Shown here: in pieces, positions 19,755-30,286 of the stretch
How the letters are laid out: each line of letters opens with the position of its first letter
How positions within the stretch are numbered: the stretch's first letter is position 1
Made by a program: the position numbers and the translations under genes
The notes under the pieces: generated by a model
The model's database searches: none
Told to the model about the DNA's origin: nothing
Seen by the model: only the letters and a program-made list of their open reading frames with translations
Source: Tubiluchus corallicola
Taxonomy: Eukaryota > Animalia > Priapulida
Direction: 5' to 3'
DNA: 64,000 bases
NCBI GenBank assembly: GCA_030141605.1
Contig: JAQGDQ010000440.1
Span: 123,550 to 187,549, forward strand

Positions 19755-20513
19755 TCAAATTATAATCATAAAAGCCGATAAAACCGTGATCACAATAACA
19801 GCCCACCTGTAGGTACGCTCCGGTATCACTTTGACAATTTTCATACCCAGAAGAGCGCCAAGCGCAATTGCCGGAAGAGTGAGCAAATTAATAAGCAGGG
19901 TTGACCTGTTTATAGTTTCCCATACCATTACATGCAAAGGAAATTTTATTATATTAATAATAAAGAAAAGCCACGCCCCTGTGCCAATAAACACATTTTT
20001 GGGAAGATGTAATGCCAGCAGATAAATAGCAAAAATAGGACCTGCAACGTTACCAATCATTGTTGCAAACCCACCCAGCATACCCATAGAGGCAGTAAAC
20101 CACCAACTGTTGGGCAGATGCACTCTGCTTGCAGCGCGATCTTTCCAAATCATCAACCCAACACATGCAAAAACAGTTATAGCAATTATATTTTTAAACT
20201 GCATAGCATTTACCTGCTCTCCAACCCACAGCGCTATTAAGATGCCTATTATTGCCCAGGGCAAGGCTTTTAGCACCTGCTTCCATTCAGCATGCCTATG
20301 GTAGTACTTTACCGCAAATATATCTGCCATAATAAGCACAGGCAAAAGTACCCCCGTAGACTCTTTGCCCCCAAACATTGCTGCAAGAATAGGGACCACA
20401 ATCATTGATATTCCGGGAACGCCAACTTTAGTCATTCCCACCAATATTCCACAGATGGCAATTAAAACCCACTCAGCAACAGATAGTCCCAACAAATTAA
20501 ATAAATCATGCAT
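19755..20513 (-). CDS. TauE/SafE family (sulfite exporter-like) membrane protein
   Basis: ~8 TM helices; GMTKVGVPG and GGFATMIGNVAGP repeats. Confidence 0.85.
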   Translation of the reverse strand: MHDLFNLLGLSVAEWVLIAICGILVGMTKVGVPGISMIVVPILAAMFGGKESTGVLLPVLIMADIFAVKYYHRHAEWKQVLKALPWAIIGILIALWVGEQVNAMQFKNIIAITVFACVGLMIWKDRAASRVHLPNSWWFTASMGMLGGFATMIGNVAGPIFAIYLLALHLPKNVFIGTGAWLFFIINIIKFPLHVMVWETINRSTLLINLLTLPAIALGALLGMKIVKVIPERTYRWAVIVITVLSAFMIII

Positions 20514-20674
20514 ATAGTTAATAGGAATCTCGTTAAAATAGAATCTTATCTGTTTATACTGTAAAATTCAGTTGTCAAATAGAACCGCACAATACTCTGC
20601 TTCGCAATCCTTAGCTTATAATAATATAATATTAGGCTTGTAACTATTTATTTCATTTGCGCTTATCTCCAAGC

Positions 20675-21685
20675 TTACAAGCCTACATTCGAATAATCCA
20701 TCCTGACCCCCTTATACTTTTCTGCAATTGAATCAAGTACACAAAAGACCTCACTCAACTCAATTGCGCGTAGCAGTCTTATGCGCGTATCTCTAAAACC
20801 ATGAAGATTAGGAAAATAACGCGCAAAGTGGCGACGCATTTCAAGTATAGCTCTTCTTTTATCATCTTTCCATGCCAATGACTGCTCCAGTTGCTCTTTA
20901 ACACTTGCCACAACCTCCTCCACCATAGGTGAAGGCAACATTTCACCAGTATCAAGGTAGTGGCGCACTTCCCTAAATATCCACGGCCGGCCTATCGCCC
21001 CCCTGCCAATCATCAATGCATCAACACCCGACATATCAAGGAATTGCTTTGCCCTTTCCGGGCTATTTATATCACCATTCCCTATAAGTGGTATCTTAAG
21101 GCGGGGATTATTTTTCACCTCTGCTATCATCTGCCAATCAGCCTCCCCTTTATACAACTGTTTCCTCGTGCGCCCATGCAGTGTAAGAGCACTTATTCCC
21201 ACATCCTGCAGCCTTTCTGAAACCTCAACGGCTGGCTTGTCATTATCATCCCACCCAAGGCGAGTTTTAGCTGTAACAGGAAGCTTGACAGTCTTAACAA
21301 TCTTTTCAGCCATCTTTATCATTTTAGGAATATCACGCAGCAACCCTGCCCCAGCACCTCTACTTGCGATTTTCCTCATAGGACAACCAAAATTTATGTC
21401 AATATAGTCAGGAGCAACATCCTCTGCAATTTTGGCAGCACGAACCATCGCATCCACGTCTGAACCATAAATCTGAATTGCTACCGGGCGGTCAAAATCA
21501 AATATCGTCATTTTACGTCTCGTCTTTTCCACGTCTCGAATTATCGCCTCAGAAGCAATAAACTCCGTACACATAACATCCGCTCCATGCCTCTTACACA
21601 TATAACGAAATGACTTATACGTTACATCCTCCATAGGAGCCAAAAACAGTGGTACCTGCCCCAATTCTATATTCCCTATATTCAC
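20675..21685 (-). CDS. dusB: tRNA-dihydrouridine synthase
   Basis: LAPMEDVT, IDINFGCP, LHGRTR, IGNGDI. Confidence 0.93.
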   Translation of the reverse strand: MNIGNIELGQVPLFLAPMEDVTYKSFRYMCKRHGADVMCTEFIASEAIIRDVEKTRRKMTIFDFDRPVAIQIYGSDVDAMVRAAKIAEDVAPDYIDINFGCPMRKIASRGAGAGLLRDIPKMIKMAEKIVKTVKLPVTAKTRLGWDDNDKPAVEVSERLQDVGISALTLHGRTRKQLYKGEADWQMIAEVKNNPRLKIPLIGNGDINSPERAKQFLDMSGVDALMIGRGAIGRPWIFREVRHYLDTGEMLPSPMVEEVVASVKEQLEQSLAWKDDKRRAILEMRRHFARYFPNLHGFRDTRIRLLRAIELSEVFCVLDSIAEKYKGVRMDYSNVGL

Positions 21686-21764
21686 AGCCTACAAGCATGT
21701 TGATTGCCGGGCAAAGATAAAAAATTGTCAAAAATATGACTATCTTTACACCAAACAGTTAGGT

Positions 21765-22676
21765 ATGAATATATTTCATCACTTACGTAATTCAACACCA
21801 TTTAATAAACTAACTTTTACTGCACTAGCGGTAACAATTTGTGCAGTACTGGCATTGATACTTACTACTCTTGGTGCATATATTCTTTTTGGCCTGTCAG
21901 TGGAGGAGACCCACTCAGCGGGCACCTCTCTAAATCCGGAAAATGTGGTTATGCTAAAATTTTCCCAAACTGTGCAGAGTATCTTCATATTTATCATACC
22001 CTCTATCCTTATAGCTTTTGTACTAAGCGATTCGCCTGCAAAATTTCTTCGGGTAAACCGTATATCAACAGTAAAAAATATTTTACTTGCAATCGCTATA
22101 ACCTATTGTGCTCACCCTGCAATTAATCTGCTGGTAGAGGTAAACATGCAAATGAAGCTACCACACTGGATGGGGGGAGTAGAAGAGCGGTTTCTCAATT
22201 GGCAAGAACATACAGATTCAATAACAACAGCATTTCTTTCTGTTGGCAATCTTTGGGGAGTAGCATTCAATATATTTATGATCGCACTTCTTCCTGCCAT
22301 AGGTGAAGAGATGCTTTTCAGAGGAGTAGTACAGCGCTTATTCTATGAATGGATAAACAACCACCACGCAGCTATCTGGATATCAGCAGCTATTTTTAGT
22401 GCATTACATCTGCAATTTTACGGCTTTATGCCCCGAATGGTGCTGGGTGGAATGTTTGGCTACATGTTTGCATGGAGCGGCTCATTATGGGTTCCAGTAA
22501 TAGCCCATTTTATTAACAATGCTTTAGCTGTTGTGATATACTATACCTGTGGAGAGACGGCTACAGGATTAGGAAGCAAAGACAATATATACCCTGCATT
22601 TATAAGCTTCATTATTGTTATCGCGCTAATGCGGATATTATATCTTTATGGGAAAAAGACACAGGCGCAGAGATAG
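21765..22676 (+). CDS. CPBP/Abi family intramembrane glutamic protease
   Basis: EEMLFRG, FSALH, AHFINN. Confidence 0.9.
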   Translation: MNIFHHLRNSTPFNKLTFTALAVTICAVLALILTTLGAYILFGLSVEETHSAGTSLNPENVVMLKFSQTVQSIFIFIIPSILIAFVLSDSPAKFLRVNRISTVKNILLAIAITYCAHPAINLLVEVNMQMKLPHWMGGVEERFLNWQEHTDSITTAFLSVGNLWGVAFNIFMIALLPAIGEEMLFRGVVQRLFYEWINNHHAAIWISAAIFSALHLQFYGFMPRMVLGGMFGYMFAWSGSLWVPVIAHFINNALAVVIYYTCGETATGLGSKDNIYPAFISFIIVIALMRILYLYGKKTQAQR

Positions 22677-22874
22677 TAAATAATAAAGAGCCTCTGTGTT
22701 TCTAGCTCCTTTATATTTGCAACTGATTCTATACTTCCAAGTGCATAAAAAGCCTCTTTAAGCTTTCACCTAATCTGTCAATATGAATCTTCACTTCATT
22801 TAGCACTTGTATTTCTCTAAAAAAATATGTCAATAAGTTATTTTAGCACTAAAATATAGGTTATTTTATATCTT

Positions 22875-23015
22875 GACACATGCGCGAGGCGAAAGATTTT
22901 AGCTCAGTTTAAAGAAAAACTCGATAAAAATCATAGTTTACCTAGCATAAATGAGTATTTTGAAGAGGGTTTTGATAAAAATATTAATTTAAAAGGTGAA
23001 TTTTACAAAACTCTC
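22875..23015 (+). repeat. Family A element
   Basis: gaggcgaaagatttt...agtttacctagcataaatgagtattttgaagagggttttgataaaaatattaa...ttttacaaaactctc. Confidence 0.85.
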
Positions 23016-23067
23016 TTAAAAACTGGAAAAATTACTCCAAATATGTGTTAACAGACACTGTGAGCAG

Positions 23068-25299
23068 ATGAAAAAAACTCTCATCTTTATATTTGTTGTT
23101 GTACTCTCTGTACATTCGGCTTTTTCGCAAACGGATGAAAAAAGGAGTACCCCTAAAATAGGGCTGGTTTTGAGTGGCGGTGGTGCAAAAGGATTTGCGC
23201 ATATTGGCGCATTAAAAGTCATCGAAGAAGCCGGTATACCTATAGATTATATTGCAGGAACAAGCATTGGTAGTATAATAGGGGGGCTTTATGCCATGGG
23301 ATATCGTGCAGAAGAACTGGAGAAGCTCATTAAAAGTCAGGACTGGCGTAAACTGTTAAGTGATAATATCGACAGGCGGCACATGTCTGTACTTGAGAAA
23401 AAATACGAAGATAGGTACTTACTTAAACTCCCTATTCATTCAAAAGGAATTTTGCTTCCAGCTGGTATTGTTGAAGGGCATAACTTAATAGATCTTTTTT
23501 CATACCTGTCACTAGATTTCCATAATGTATCTGATTTTTCAGAATTGCCAATTCCTTTTTTATGCGTCGCTACAGATCTGGAAACAGGAGAAGAGGTAGT
23601 GCAAAAGCAAGGGTTTTTGCCACTTGCAATCCGCTCAAGTATGGCTATTCCTGCTATTTTTTCTGCAGTCGAAATCAATAACAAGCTTTTAGTTGACGGG
23701 GGTATTGTCAATAATTTTCCTGTAGACAGGTGTTTGGAAATGGGAGCAGACATCATTATAGGAGTTAATATACACCCAACTCTCAATTCTAAAGAAAACC
23801 TACACGACATTTCTGATGTAATGGGACAGCTTATAAATATGGTAATACTAAATGAACGATATCTCAAAAATATAGCTAATACTGACGTCTACATATGTCC
23901 CAACATCACAGATTTTTCAGCCGCCAGTTTTAATTCCCAAGCTGCTGACACTTTGATTGAGCGAGGAGTGATGGCCGCAAAAGAAGTGCTACCACAGCTA
24001 ATTCACTTAAGAGATTCACTTGGGCTTAAGCCTAATAAAATTAAACACATTGGCTTTCCTAAATATGACAGGATGATCAAAATTGACAATATAACAGCTA
24101 GTGGGGTAGACCACAAAAAAATTCCATTTTTTTATGGGAAGATGGGAATCAAAAAAGGAGACAGTATTTCACTAGGTGACTTTAGGAAAGGAATATCCAA
24201 AATATATGGAAGCATGGGATTTAATAATGTAGAATATCACTTAAATAGGGAGGAGGAAAACACTCTTGAGCTAAAATTAAACAGGCATAAAAGTGTAAGC
24301 GTGAACTTTGGGCTGCACTACAATACAGATGAAAATGCTGCTCTGTTAATAAATGCAACTATCAGGGGTAAAAGCAACCCCGGTTCAATGCTTTCATTTG
24401 ATGGAATATTAACAGACCAACCTGCCGCTTCTGTACGGTACATTCTTAATAATGGATGGAAGCCCGGGCTTTTTTTAGAGGGCAATTTTCGTAATGAAGG
24501 CGCAAAAATACCCAGCTATGGTAGCTTCATCGGTAACAAAAGCATCCAGGAGTTGAACCTTCAGGTTGCTACACACTCAATACTGTTTAACGCATTTAGA
24601 GTGACAGCGGGAGCAGAGGTAAATAAAGTGTACACTGAAAGTTCAATTGGGCTAGAAGAAGACCTTATTGGTCTTGATAGCGAAGAGACCTTCTTCAACT
24701 ATATACTTAAAATAAATATTGACAACCTGAACAGCCCGGTATACCCTATACAAGGCTGGAAAATGGATGTTGCAGCAACAATTGGAACAGATGATGGCTT
24801 GACATACAAGAAAGAACTACCGTTTGGGATACTTAGCTTCTCACTTTTAAAGCCTGTTATAATCTCCCCTTCGTTTACCCTTGTACCACACTTTTACGGT
24901 AGATTAGCTTTGGGAAGCAATGTACCCGACTTTTATCAAACACACTTTGGGGGATTTTACCCATTTGGAGCACACCATAACAGTATTCCTTTTATAGGGT
25001 TGAGACGCATGGAGTATTCAGCGTCTAATGTAGTAGCATTCAGGATGGATTTACGTTACAATGTGTCAAAAAATATTTATGCTTCACTAATACCAAATAT
25101 TGGGATCTACAGCCTTAACAGCTACAGCATTCAGGATCCAAACTCTCTAGATAATGTAATTGCAGATAGTGTAATATTTGGTGGAGGAGGTATTATGGCA
25201 TCATACGATAGCTATATAGGGCCTATTGAAATCATAATCTCTACTTCGAGCCTTCGAAAAAAACTGACAAGCTATGTATCTGTTGGATATTATTTCTAA
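23068..25299 (+). CDS. Patatin-like phospholipase with C-terminal beta-barrel (PlpD-like architecture)
   Basis: Signal peptide; GGGAKG, GTSIG, DGG; terminal VSVGYYF beta-signal. Confidence 0.88.
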   Translation: MKKTLIFIFVVVLSVHSAFSQTDEKRSTPKIGLVLSGGGAKGFAHIGALKVIEEAGIPIDYIAGTSIGSIIGGLYAMGYRAEELEKLIKSQDWRKLLSDNIDRRHMSVLEKKYEDRYLLKLPIHSKGILLPAGIVEGHNLIDLFSYLSLDFHNVSDFSELPIPFLCVATDLETGEEVVQKQGFLPLAIRSSMAIPAIFSAVEINNKLLVDGGIVNNFPVDRCLEMGADIIIGVNIHPTLNSKENLHDISDVMGQLINMVILNERYLKNIANTDVYICPNITDFSAASFNSQAADTLIERGVMAAKEVLPQLIHLRDSLGLKPNKIKHIGFPKYDRMIKIDNITASGVDHKKIPFFYGKMGIKKGDSISLGDFRKGISKIYGSMGFNNVEYHLNREEENTLELKLNRHKSVSVNFGLHYNTDENAALLINATIRGKSNPGSMLSFDGILTDQPAASVRYILNNGWKPGLFLEGNFRNEGAKIPSYGSFIGNKSIQELNLQVATHSILFNAFRVTAGAEVNKVYTESSIGLEEDLIGLDSEETFFNYILKINIDNLNSPVYPIQGWKMDVAATIGTDDGLTYKKELPFGILSFSLLKPVIISPSFTLVPHFYGRLALGSNVPDFYQTHFGGFYPFGAHHNSIPFIGLRRMEYSASNVVAFRMDLRYNVSKNIYASLIPNIGIYSLNSYSIQDPNSLDNVIADSVIFGGGGIMASYDSYIGPIEIIISTSSLRKKLTSYVSVGYYF

Positions 25300-25313
25300 T
25301 TAAAAATATAAAT

Positions 25314-26825
25314 ATGAATATTTATACTTATAAAAAAACAGGACTCAACAAACGAGCAAAAACCTGCTGCAAACCTGTAAAGTTGTTACCATACTTTTTA
25401 ATGTGTCAGGCAGTCTTAACCTCAACATTACTCTTTGGGCAGGCAATCGAAAAAACATATAGCTATGAAGTACCTGAGCATGAAACAGCGGTTATCTCTC
25501 TTTACGCATTCAACATTACTGAGAATAAAACCCTTGCGGAGACGCCTCAAAAAAGTCTTATACCTGCTTCAACCGTAAAACTGATAACCACCGCAACCGC
25601 ACTTGAGATACTTGGGGCAGATTACCGTTTTGAAACAACACTGGAGTATTCTGGAGAAATAGATATTGCAGATAAAACACTTAATGGGAGCCTGTATATC
25701 AGAGGAGGAGGAGATCCCGCGTTTTACTCAGAATATTTTAGTGAACACTATAAAGGAACATTTGAAAAGTGGGCAAAAAGCTTGAAAAAATTAGGAGTAA
25801 AAAAGATTACGGGAGATATTGTGGCAGATAACTCTATACTAAATGGACGACAGCCGGTTCCTGGAGGATGGGCATGGGAAGATATAGGTAATTACTATGG
25901 AGCGGGTATCTACGGACTCACATTCGCTGATAATCTTTACCGCATACACTTCAATTCAGAAAAACAGTCCGGCACTCAGGTAGAAATATCGAGTATTGAA
26001 CCCGAAATTAACGGGCTGGTATTAGATAATCACGTAAAATCGTCTGATACAAATAAAGACCTGGCCTATATATATTCTGCTCCGGGATCCTACTACCAAA
26101 CAGTTGCAGGGACAATTCCCAGTAGTCGCAAAAGATTCACAATAAAAGGGGCAATGCCAAACCCACCACTAGAAGCAGTAAAGGCTTTTCGCAAAATATT
26201 AACAAAAAAAGGAATTATAATAGAAGGAATCGACAAAGTAGAAAACCACAGTAGTGGTAACAGAAATATTGCATGTACTAAAAAATCACCTGCAATAGGT
26301 GATCTGATTTTACCCCTGAATAAAGAAAGCCTGAATCTCTTTGCCGAGCATGTACTGTGCGAGATAGGGCGAACAGTAAAAGGTAGTACATCTATTAAGC
26401 TGGCACTGGAAACCCTCGTTGAGCACTGGGAAAAGAACAAAGTATTTCTTGATGGGTTTTATATGACAGATGGAAGTGGCCTTTCTCGCTCCAATGCTAT
26501 TTGTCCCCGCACTTTAGTGGAGATAATGGTGAAAATGAAAAAGAGTAAAAACTCAAAATTATTTTTCTCATCACTTCCTGTTGCAGGACAAACAGGAACT
26601 CTTCAGTATTACTTTAAGGGAACGCCCCTGGAGGGTAATATGGCTGCAAAAACAGGATCAATGGGAAAAGTAAGAAGCTTGGCAGGTATATTTAAAAATA
26701 TTGAAGGACACGTAGTGGCTTTTACTGTAATAGTCAATAACTTTGACGGCTCATCTCACCAGATGGGGGAAAAACTGGAGCCTATACTACTAAAACTTTA
26801 CCATAAGAAGACCTCCAAAAGTTGA
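25314..26825 (+). CDS. dacB: D-Ala-D-Ala carboxypeptidase/endopeptidase PBP4
   Basis: PASTVK (SxxK), SLN, DGSGLSR, AKTGS. Confidence 0.93.
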   Translation: MNIYTYKKTGLNKRAKTCCKPVKLLPYFLMCQAVLTSTLLFGQAIEKTYSYEVPEHETAVISLYAFNITENKTLAETPQKSLIPASTVKLITTATALEILGADYRFETTLEYSGEIDIADKTLNGSLYIRGGGDPAFYSEYFSEHYKGTFEKWAKSLKKLGVKKITGDIVADNSILNGRQPVPGGWAWEDIGNYYGAGIYGLTFADNLYRIHFNSEKQSGTQVEISSIEPEINGLVLDNHVKSSDTNKDLAYIYSAPGSYYQTVAGTIPSSRKRFTIKGAMPNPPLEAVKAFRKILTKKGIIIEGIDKVENHSSGNRNIACTKKSPAIGDLILPLNKESLNLFAEHVLCEIGRTVKGSTSIKLALETLVEHWEKNKVFLDGFYMTDGSGLSRSNAICPRTLVEIMVKMKKSKNSKLFFSSLPVAGQTGTLQYYFKGTPLEGNMAAKTGSMGKVRSLAGIFKNIEGHVVAFTVIVNNFDGSSHQMGEKLEPILLKLYHKKTSKS

Positions 26826-26882
26826 CTTCTTTTTGGTGGAGAGGGTGGTTTCAATGCGTTAAAACCCGGCAATTGACAATCT

Positions 26883-26924
26883 GAAACCTTCACAGAGGCT
26901 CATCTCTTTATTAATATTTTTGTC
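26883..26924 (-). repeat. Family A element, partial (right arm only)
   Basis: gctcatctctttattaatatttttgtc is the reverse complement of the conserved right arm. Confidence 0.65.
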
Positions 26925-27032
26925 CTGCAAAAGTTTCAAAACCTGCCCAACTTTTTAAACCGCTCAATCTTACAAAGAAAAGACTACATTTATAAACATT
27001 TAAAGCTGGCTTCGGATAAAATAGAAACAAAT

Positions 27033-27611
27033 ATGGACCCTATTAAATATAAAGCGATAGAAAAGGCCGTGTATTACGACCTTAGCCTTCATCCAAAAGC
27101 AAGCTTGAAAGATTTATACAAAAATTTTTTTCAAGATAGCTACGGGGCTGGACACCTGATCGAAAATGAAGATAAAGCTCTAAACTATCTTAAAAAGGAG
27201 ATTCGCTACTCAACCAAATTTGAAAACCACAACTATCATATTCTGGGGTATAAACATCAATTTGTGAGACTAAACCTTAAGCTTTTAAAAGATGGCACAG
27301 TACCACTAGCAGTTTTCTTCCCTCTTTTTCTGGAAAGTGTAAGCTCCATGAAAATTCCACCAATAGAGAGCTGGAAGCAAGAGTGGAAGGCTATTGAATC
27401 AGTTATTCTTAAAATGGATCTACAACTCGAAAATGTACATGATGACATAGGTACAATAGCACTCATGCACAAAAAAGGGGAATACGTAGGGCATCACAGT
27501 AGCGCTTATGAAAAACTATACCACCCACATTACCGTATAATTGATCGCGAAAGATTTGAGATCATCAAAAAAAAATACCTGAAAAGCAGTACGCTTTTGC
27601 CATCCGACTGA
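27033..27611 (+). CDS. Hypothetical protein
   Basis: 192 aa ORF with DLYKNFFQD.YGAGH and HHSSAY..LYHPHYRII; function not recognised. Confidence 0.75.
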   Translation: MDPIKYKAIEKAVYYDLSLHPKASLKDLYKNFFQDSYGAGHLIENEDKALNYLKKEIRYSTKFENHNYHILGYKHQFVRLNLKLLKDGTVPLAVFFPLFLESVSSMKIPPIESWKQEWKAIESVILKMDLQLENVHDDIGTIALMHKKGEYVGHHSSAYEKLYHPHYRIIDRERFEIIKKKYLKSSTLLPSD

Positions 27612-27629
27612 CAATATAAATGACACATG

Positions 27630-28199
27630 TCATACCCCTCCCAGCTCACTATGCCTGAAGCAGCTCACAATATGGTCATTTACCATACCTGTGGCCTGCA
27701 TATATGAGTAAACTATAGTAGGGCCAACAAATGAGAACCCTTTAGTCATTAAATCTTTGGATATTTTTTGTGACAAAGCTGTTTGAACAGGTACCTCACC
27801 CATATTGTGAAAATTATTCTGAACAGGCCTCCCACCAACAAAATCCCATATATATTGGCTAAAACTACCGTACCTGTCCTGGATATTAAGAAAGGCTTTT
27901 GCATTTTTTATCGCTGAGACTATCTTTAACCTGTTCCTGATAATCCCGTCATCTCTCAACAAATTATCAACTCTGTATTTATCCCATCTGGCAATCTTTT
28001 CAGGGTCAAAGTTATCATAAGCGAAATAGTATGCACTCCTTTTTCGAAGTATCGTTGCCCAACTCAGTCCTGCCTGCGCTCCCTCAAGAATTAAAAATTC
28101 AAAAAGCTTTAGGTCTTCATACACAGGGACACCCCACTCTACATCATGATACCGGATACACCTCTCATCAGCTGTCACCCAGCCACATCTATTTATCAT
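27630..28199 (-). CDS. tag: DNA-3-methyladenine glycosylase I
   Basis: RCGW, YHDVEWG, LEGAQAGLSW, MVNDH...C. Confidence 0.95.
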   Translation of the reverse strand: MINRCGWVTADERCIRYHDVEWGVPVYEDLKLFEFLILEGAQAGLSWATILRKRSAYYFAYDNFDPEKIARWDKYRVDNLLRDDGIIRNRLKIVSAIKNAKAFLNIQDRYGSFSQYIWDFVGGRPVQNNFHNMGEVPVQTALSQKISKDLMTKGFSFVGPTIVYSYMQATGMVNDHIVSCFRHSELGGV

Positions 28200-28340
28200 T
28201 TTACTATCTCCTTATAATTTCCCATTCCAAAAATAAAAAAATAGTAAATTTGCCAACCTGCAATTAACTACTTTAGAGCCATACCCAACCGTTCTATCGT
28301 GTTTCGCAGATAATTCGTATTTTTCACAAAATTTTTCTTT

Positions 28341-29081
28341 ATGAATGCTGCTAGTAGTATTGGGAAGTATATTATGCTGATGGGAAAGGTTTTTAGCAAA
28401 CCAGAAAAATACCGTGTTTATCTGCGTCAACTACTTTTCGAAATTGAAAAACTGGGTGTCAATTCTGTAGGAATTGTTGTTATTATATCCGTCTTTATGG
28501 GGGGAATCATAACACTCCAAATTGCATATAACATGTCATACCCGCTTATGCCCTCATATCTAATTGGCCTGGGAAATCGGGATACGCTTATTCTTGAATT
28601 CTCATCAACGATACTAAGTCTTATGCTTGCCGGGAAGGTTGGTTCTCACATAGCAACAGAGATAGGCAGTATGCGGGTTACAGAGCAGATTGACTCAATG
28701 GAGATAATGGGGGTAAATTCCGCATCATTTCTTATTCTTCCCAAAATAGTCGCAGTGGTGCTTATCAGTCCACTTCTCTTTATCCTTAGCGTAACACTTG
28801 GGCTAGTGGGAGGATGGATCGCAGGCCCAGCAGTAGGAGTAATATCAACATCCCAGTATCTCGAAGGTATAACATATGCCTTTAACACTGCATATGTTAA
28901 ATTTTCAATGCTAAAGACGCTTGCTTTTGGATTTCTTATCGCTTCTATCTCTTCATACTTTGGCTACTATGTTAAGGGAGGTGCACTTGAAGTAGGTCGT
29001 GCAAGTACCAAAGCAGTAGTAACTACCAGCATTTTTATCCTATTTTTTGACCTTGTTCTCACTCAACTATTCTTCAAATGA
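28341..29081 (+). CDS. mlaE: MlaE-family ABC permease
   Basis: AGKVGS.IATEIGSMRVTEQID, GGALEVGRAST. Confidence 0.9.
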   Translation: MNAASSIGKYIMLMGKVFSKPEKYRVYLRQLLFEIEKLGVNSVGIVVIISVFMGGIITLQIAYNMSYPLMPSYLIGLGNRDTLILEFSSTILSLMLAGKVGSHIATEIGSMRVTEQIDSMEIMGVNSASFLILPKIVAVVLISPLLFILSVTLGLVGGWIAGPAVGVISTSQYLEGITYAFNTAYVKFSMLKTLAFGFLIASISSYFGYYVKGGALEVGRASTKAVVTTSIFILFFDLVLTQLFFK

Positions 29082-29845
29082 TAGAAATTCGTAATGTAAT
29101 AAAGTCATTCGAAGGGAGAGAGGTACTTAAAAGCATTTCCACTACTTTTGAAAAAGGCAAAACAAACCTTATAATAGGGCAAAGTGGTTCGGGAAAGACC
29201 GTTCTGTTAAAATCAATTGTGGGACTGATTCAAATTGATTGTGGCGAAATCCTTTTGAATAGCGTAAACACAGGAGGACTGAGCTTCAGTGAAACAAAGT
29301 CATTGAGAAAAAAGATGGGAATGGTCTTTCAGGGAGGTGCACTTTTTGACTCCCTGAACGTAGAGGAAAATGTCCGCTTCCCACTTGACATGTTTACAAA
29401 TGACAGTGAAAAGGAAAAAATTAAACAAGTCAACTTTTGCCTTGATAGAGTAAACATTAAGGATGCAAACAAGCTATACCCCTCAGAAATATCAGGAGGA
29501 ATGAGAAAGCGTGTTGCAATTGCTCGAGCAATATCTCTGCGCCCCAAATATCTGTTTTGTGATGAGCCCAACTCCGGCCTTGACCCGGTTACATCTATTG
29601 TTATTGACAATCTCATAAAAGATATTACCACTGACTTTAACATCACAACAGTAGTAAACACCCACGATATGAATTCTGTTATTGAAATAGGTGATAATAT
29701 TCTTTTTATCGCCGAAGGAGAAAAATGCTGGGAAGGCAATAAAAATGAAGTGCTTAATACAAATAATAAAAAACTAAATGCTTTTGTGTTTGCATCACCT
29801 CTATCAAAAGAGATTCGCGATATAAAACAGAACAAGAAAAAGTAG
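29078..29845 (+). CDS. mlaF: MlaF-family ABC ATPase
   Basis: GQSGSGKT, ISGGMRKRV, DEPNSGLDP. Confidence 0.88.
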   Translation: MIEIRNVIKSFEGREVLKSISTTFEKGKTNLIIGQSGSGKTVLLKSIVGLIQIDCGEILLNSVNTGGLSFSETKSLRKKMGMVFQGGALFDSLNVEENVRFPLDMFTNDSEKEKIKQVNFCLDRVNIKDANKLYPSEISGGMRKRVAIARAISLRPKYLFCDEPNSGLDPVTSIVIDNLIKDITTDFNITTVVNTHDMNSVIEIGDNILFIAEGEKCWEGNKNEVLNTNNKKLNAFVFASPLSKEIRDIKQNKKK

Positions 29846-29877
29846 CTATCACAGATTTTATGTAAAAACATCTGCTA

Positions 29878-30237
29878 ATGAAGAAATATATACAAATATC
29901 ACTACTCTTTTTGCTATTGTTCCTATCCTCTTGCTTGTCGAAAGAAAGAAGACCCAAAGGGGTACTAAAAAAAGAACAACTATCAGAAATAATTGTCGAT
30001 ATTCACATAGCCAATGCGCTGAACAAACAGCGTGTAAAACTTAAATTACCCGAAAACAATATATCGAAAGAGATTTACTTGTCAGTGTGTAAAAAACATG
30101 ATGTCTCCGAAGATGTTTTTGAAAACTCAATAATATATTATGGGAAAAATCCCAAAGAATATGAAAAAGTGTATGACCTAGTTCTAAACAAACTCAACGA
30201 AATGGAAGAGATAGTAAAAAGTGAGGAGAAAGAGTGA
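29878..30237 (+). CDS. Lipoprotein, DUF4296-like
   Basis: Lipobox LSSC; IIVDIHIA..FENSIIYY pattern. Confidence 0.75.
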   Translation: MKKYIQISLLFLLLFLSSCLSKERRPKGVLKKEQLSEIIVDIHIANALNKQRVKLKLPENNISKEIYLSVCKKHDVSEDVFENSIIYYGKNPKEYEKVYDLVLNKLNEMEEIVKSEEKE

Positions 30238-30286
30238 CTTAAATCTTAACGAACAGATATAGAATATAAATAAAGGCCTATAGGCT

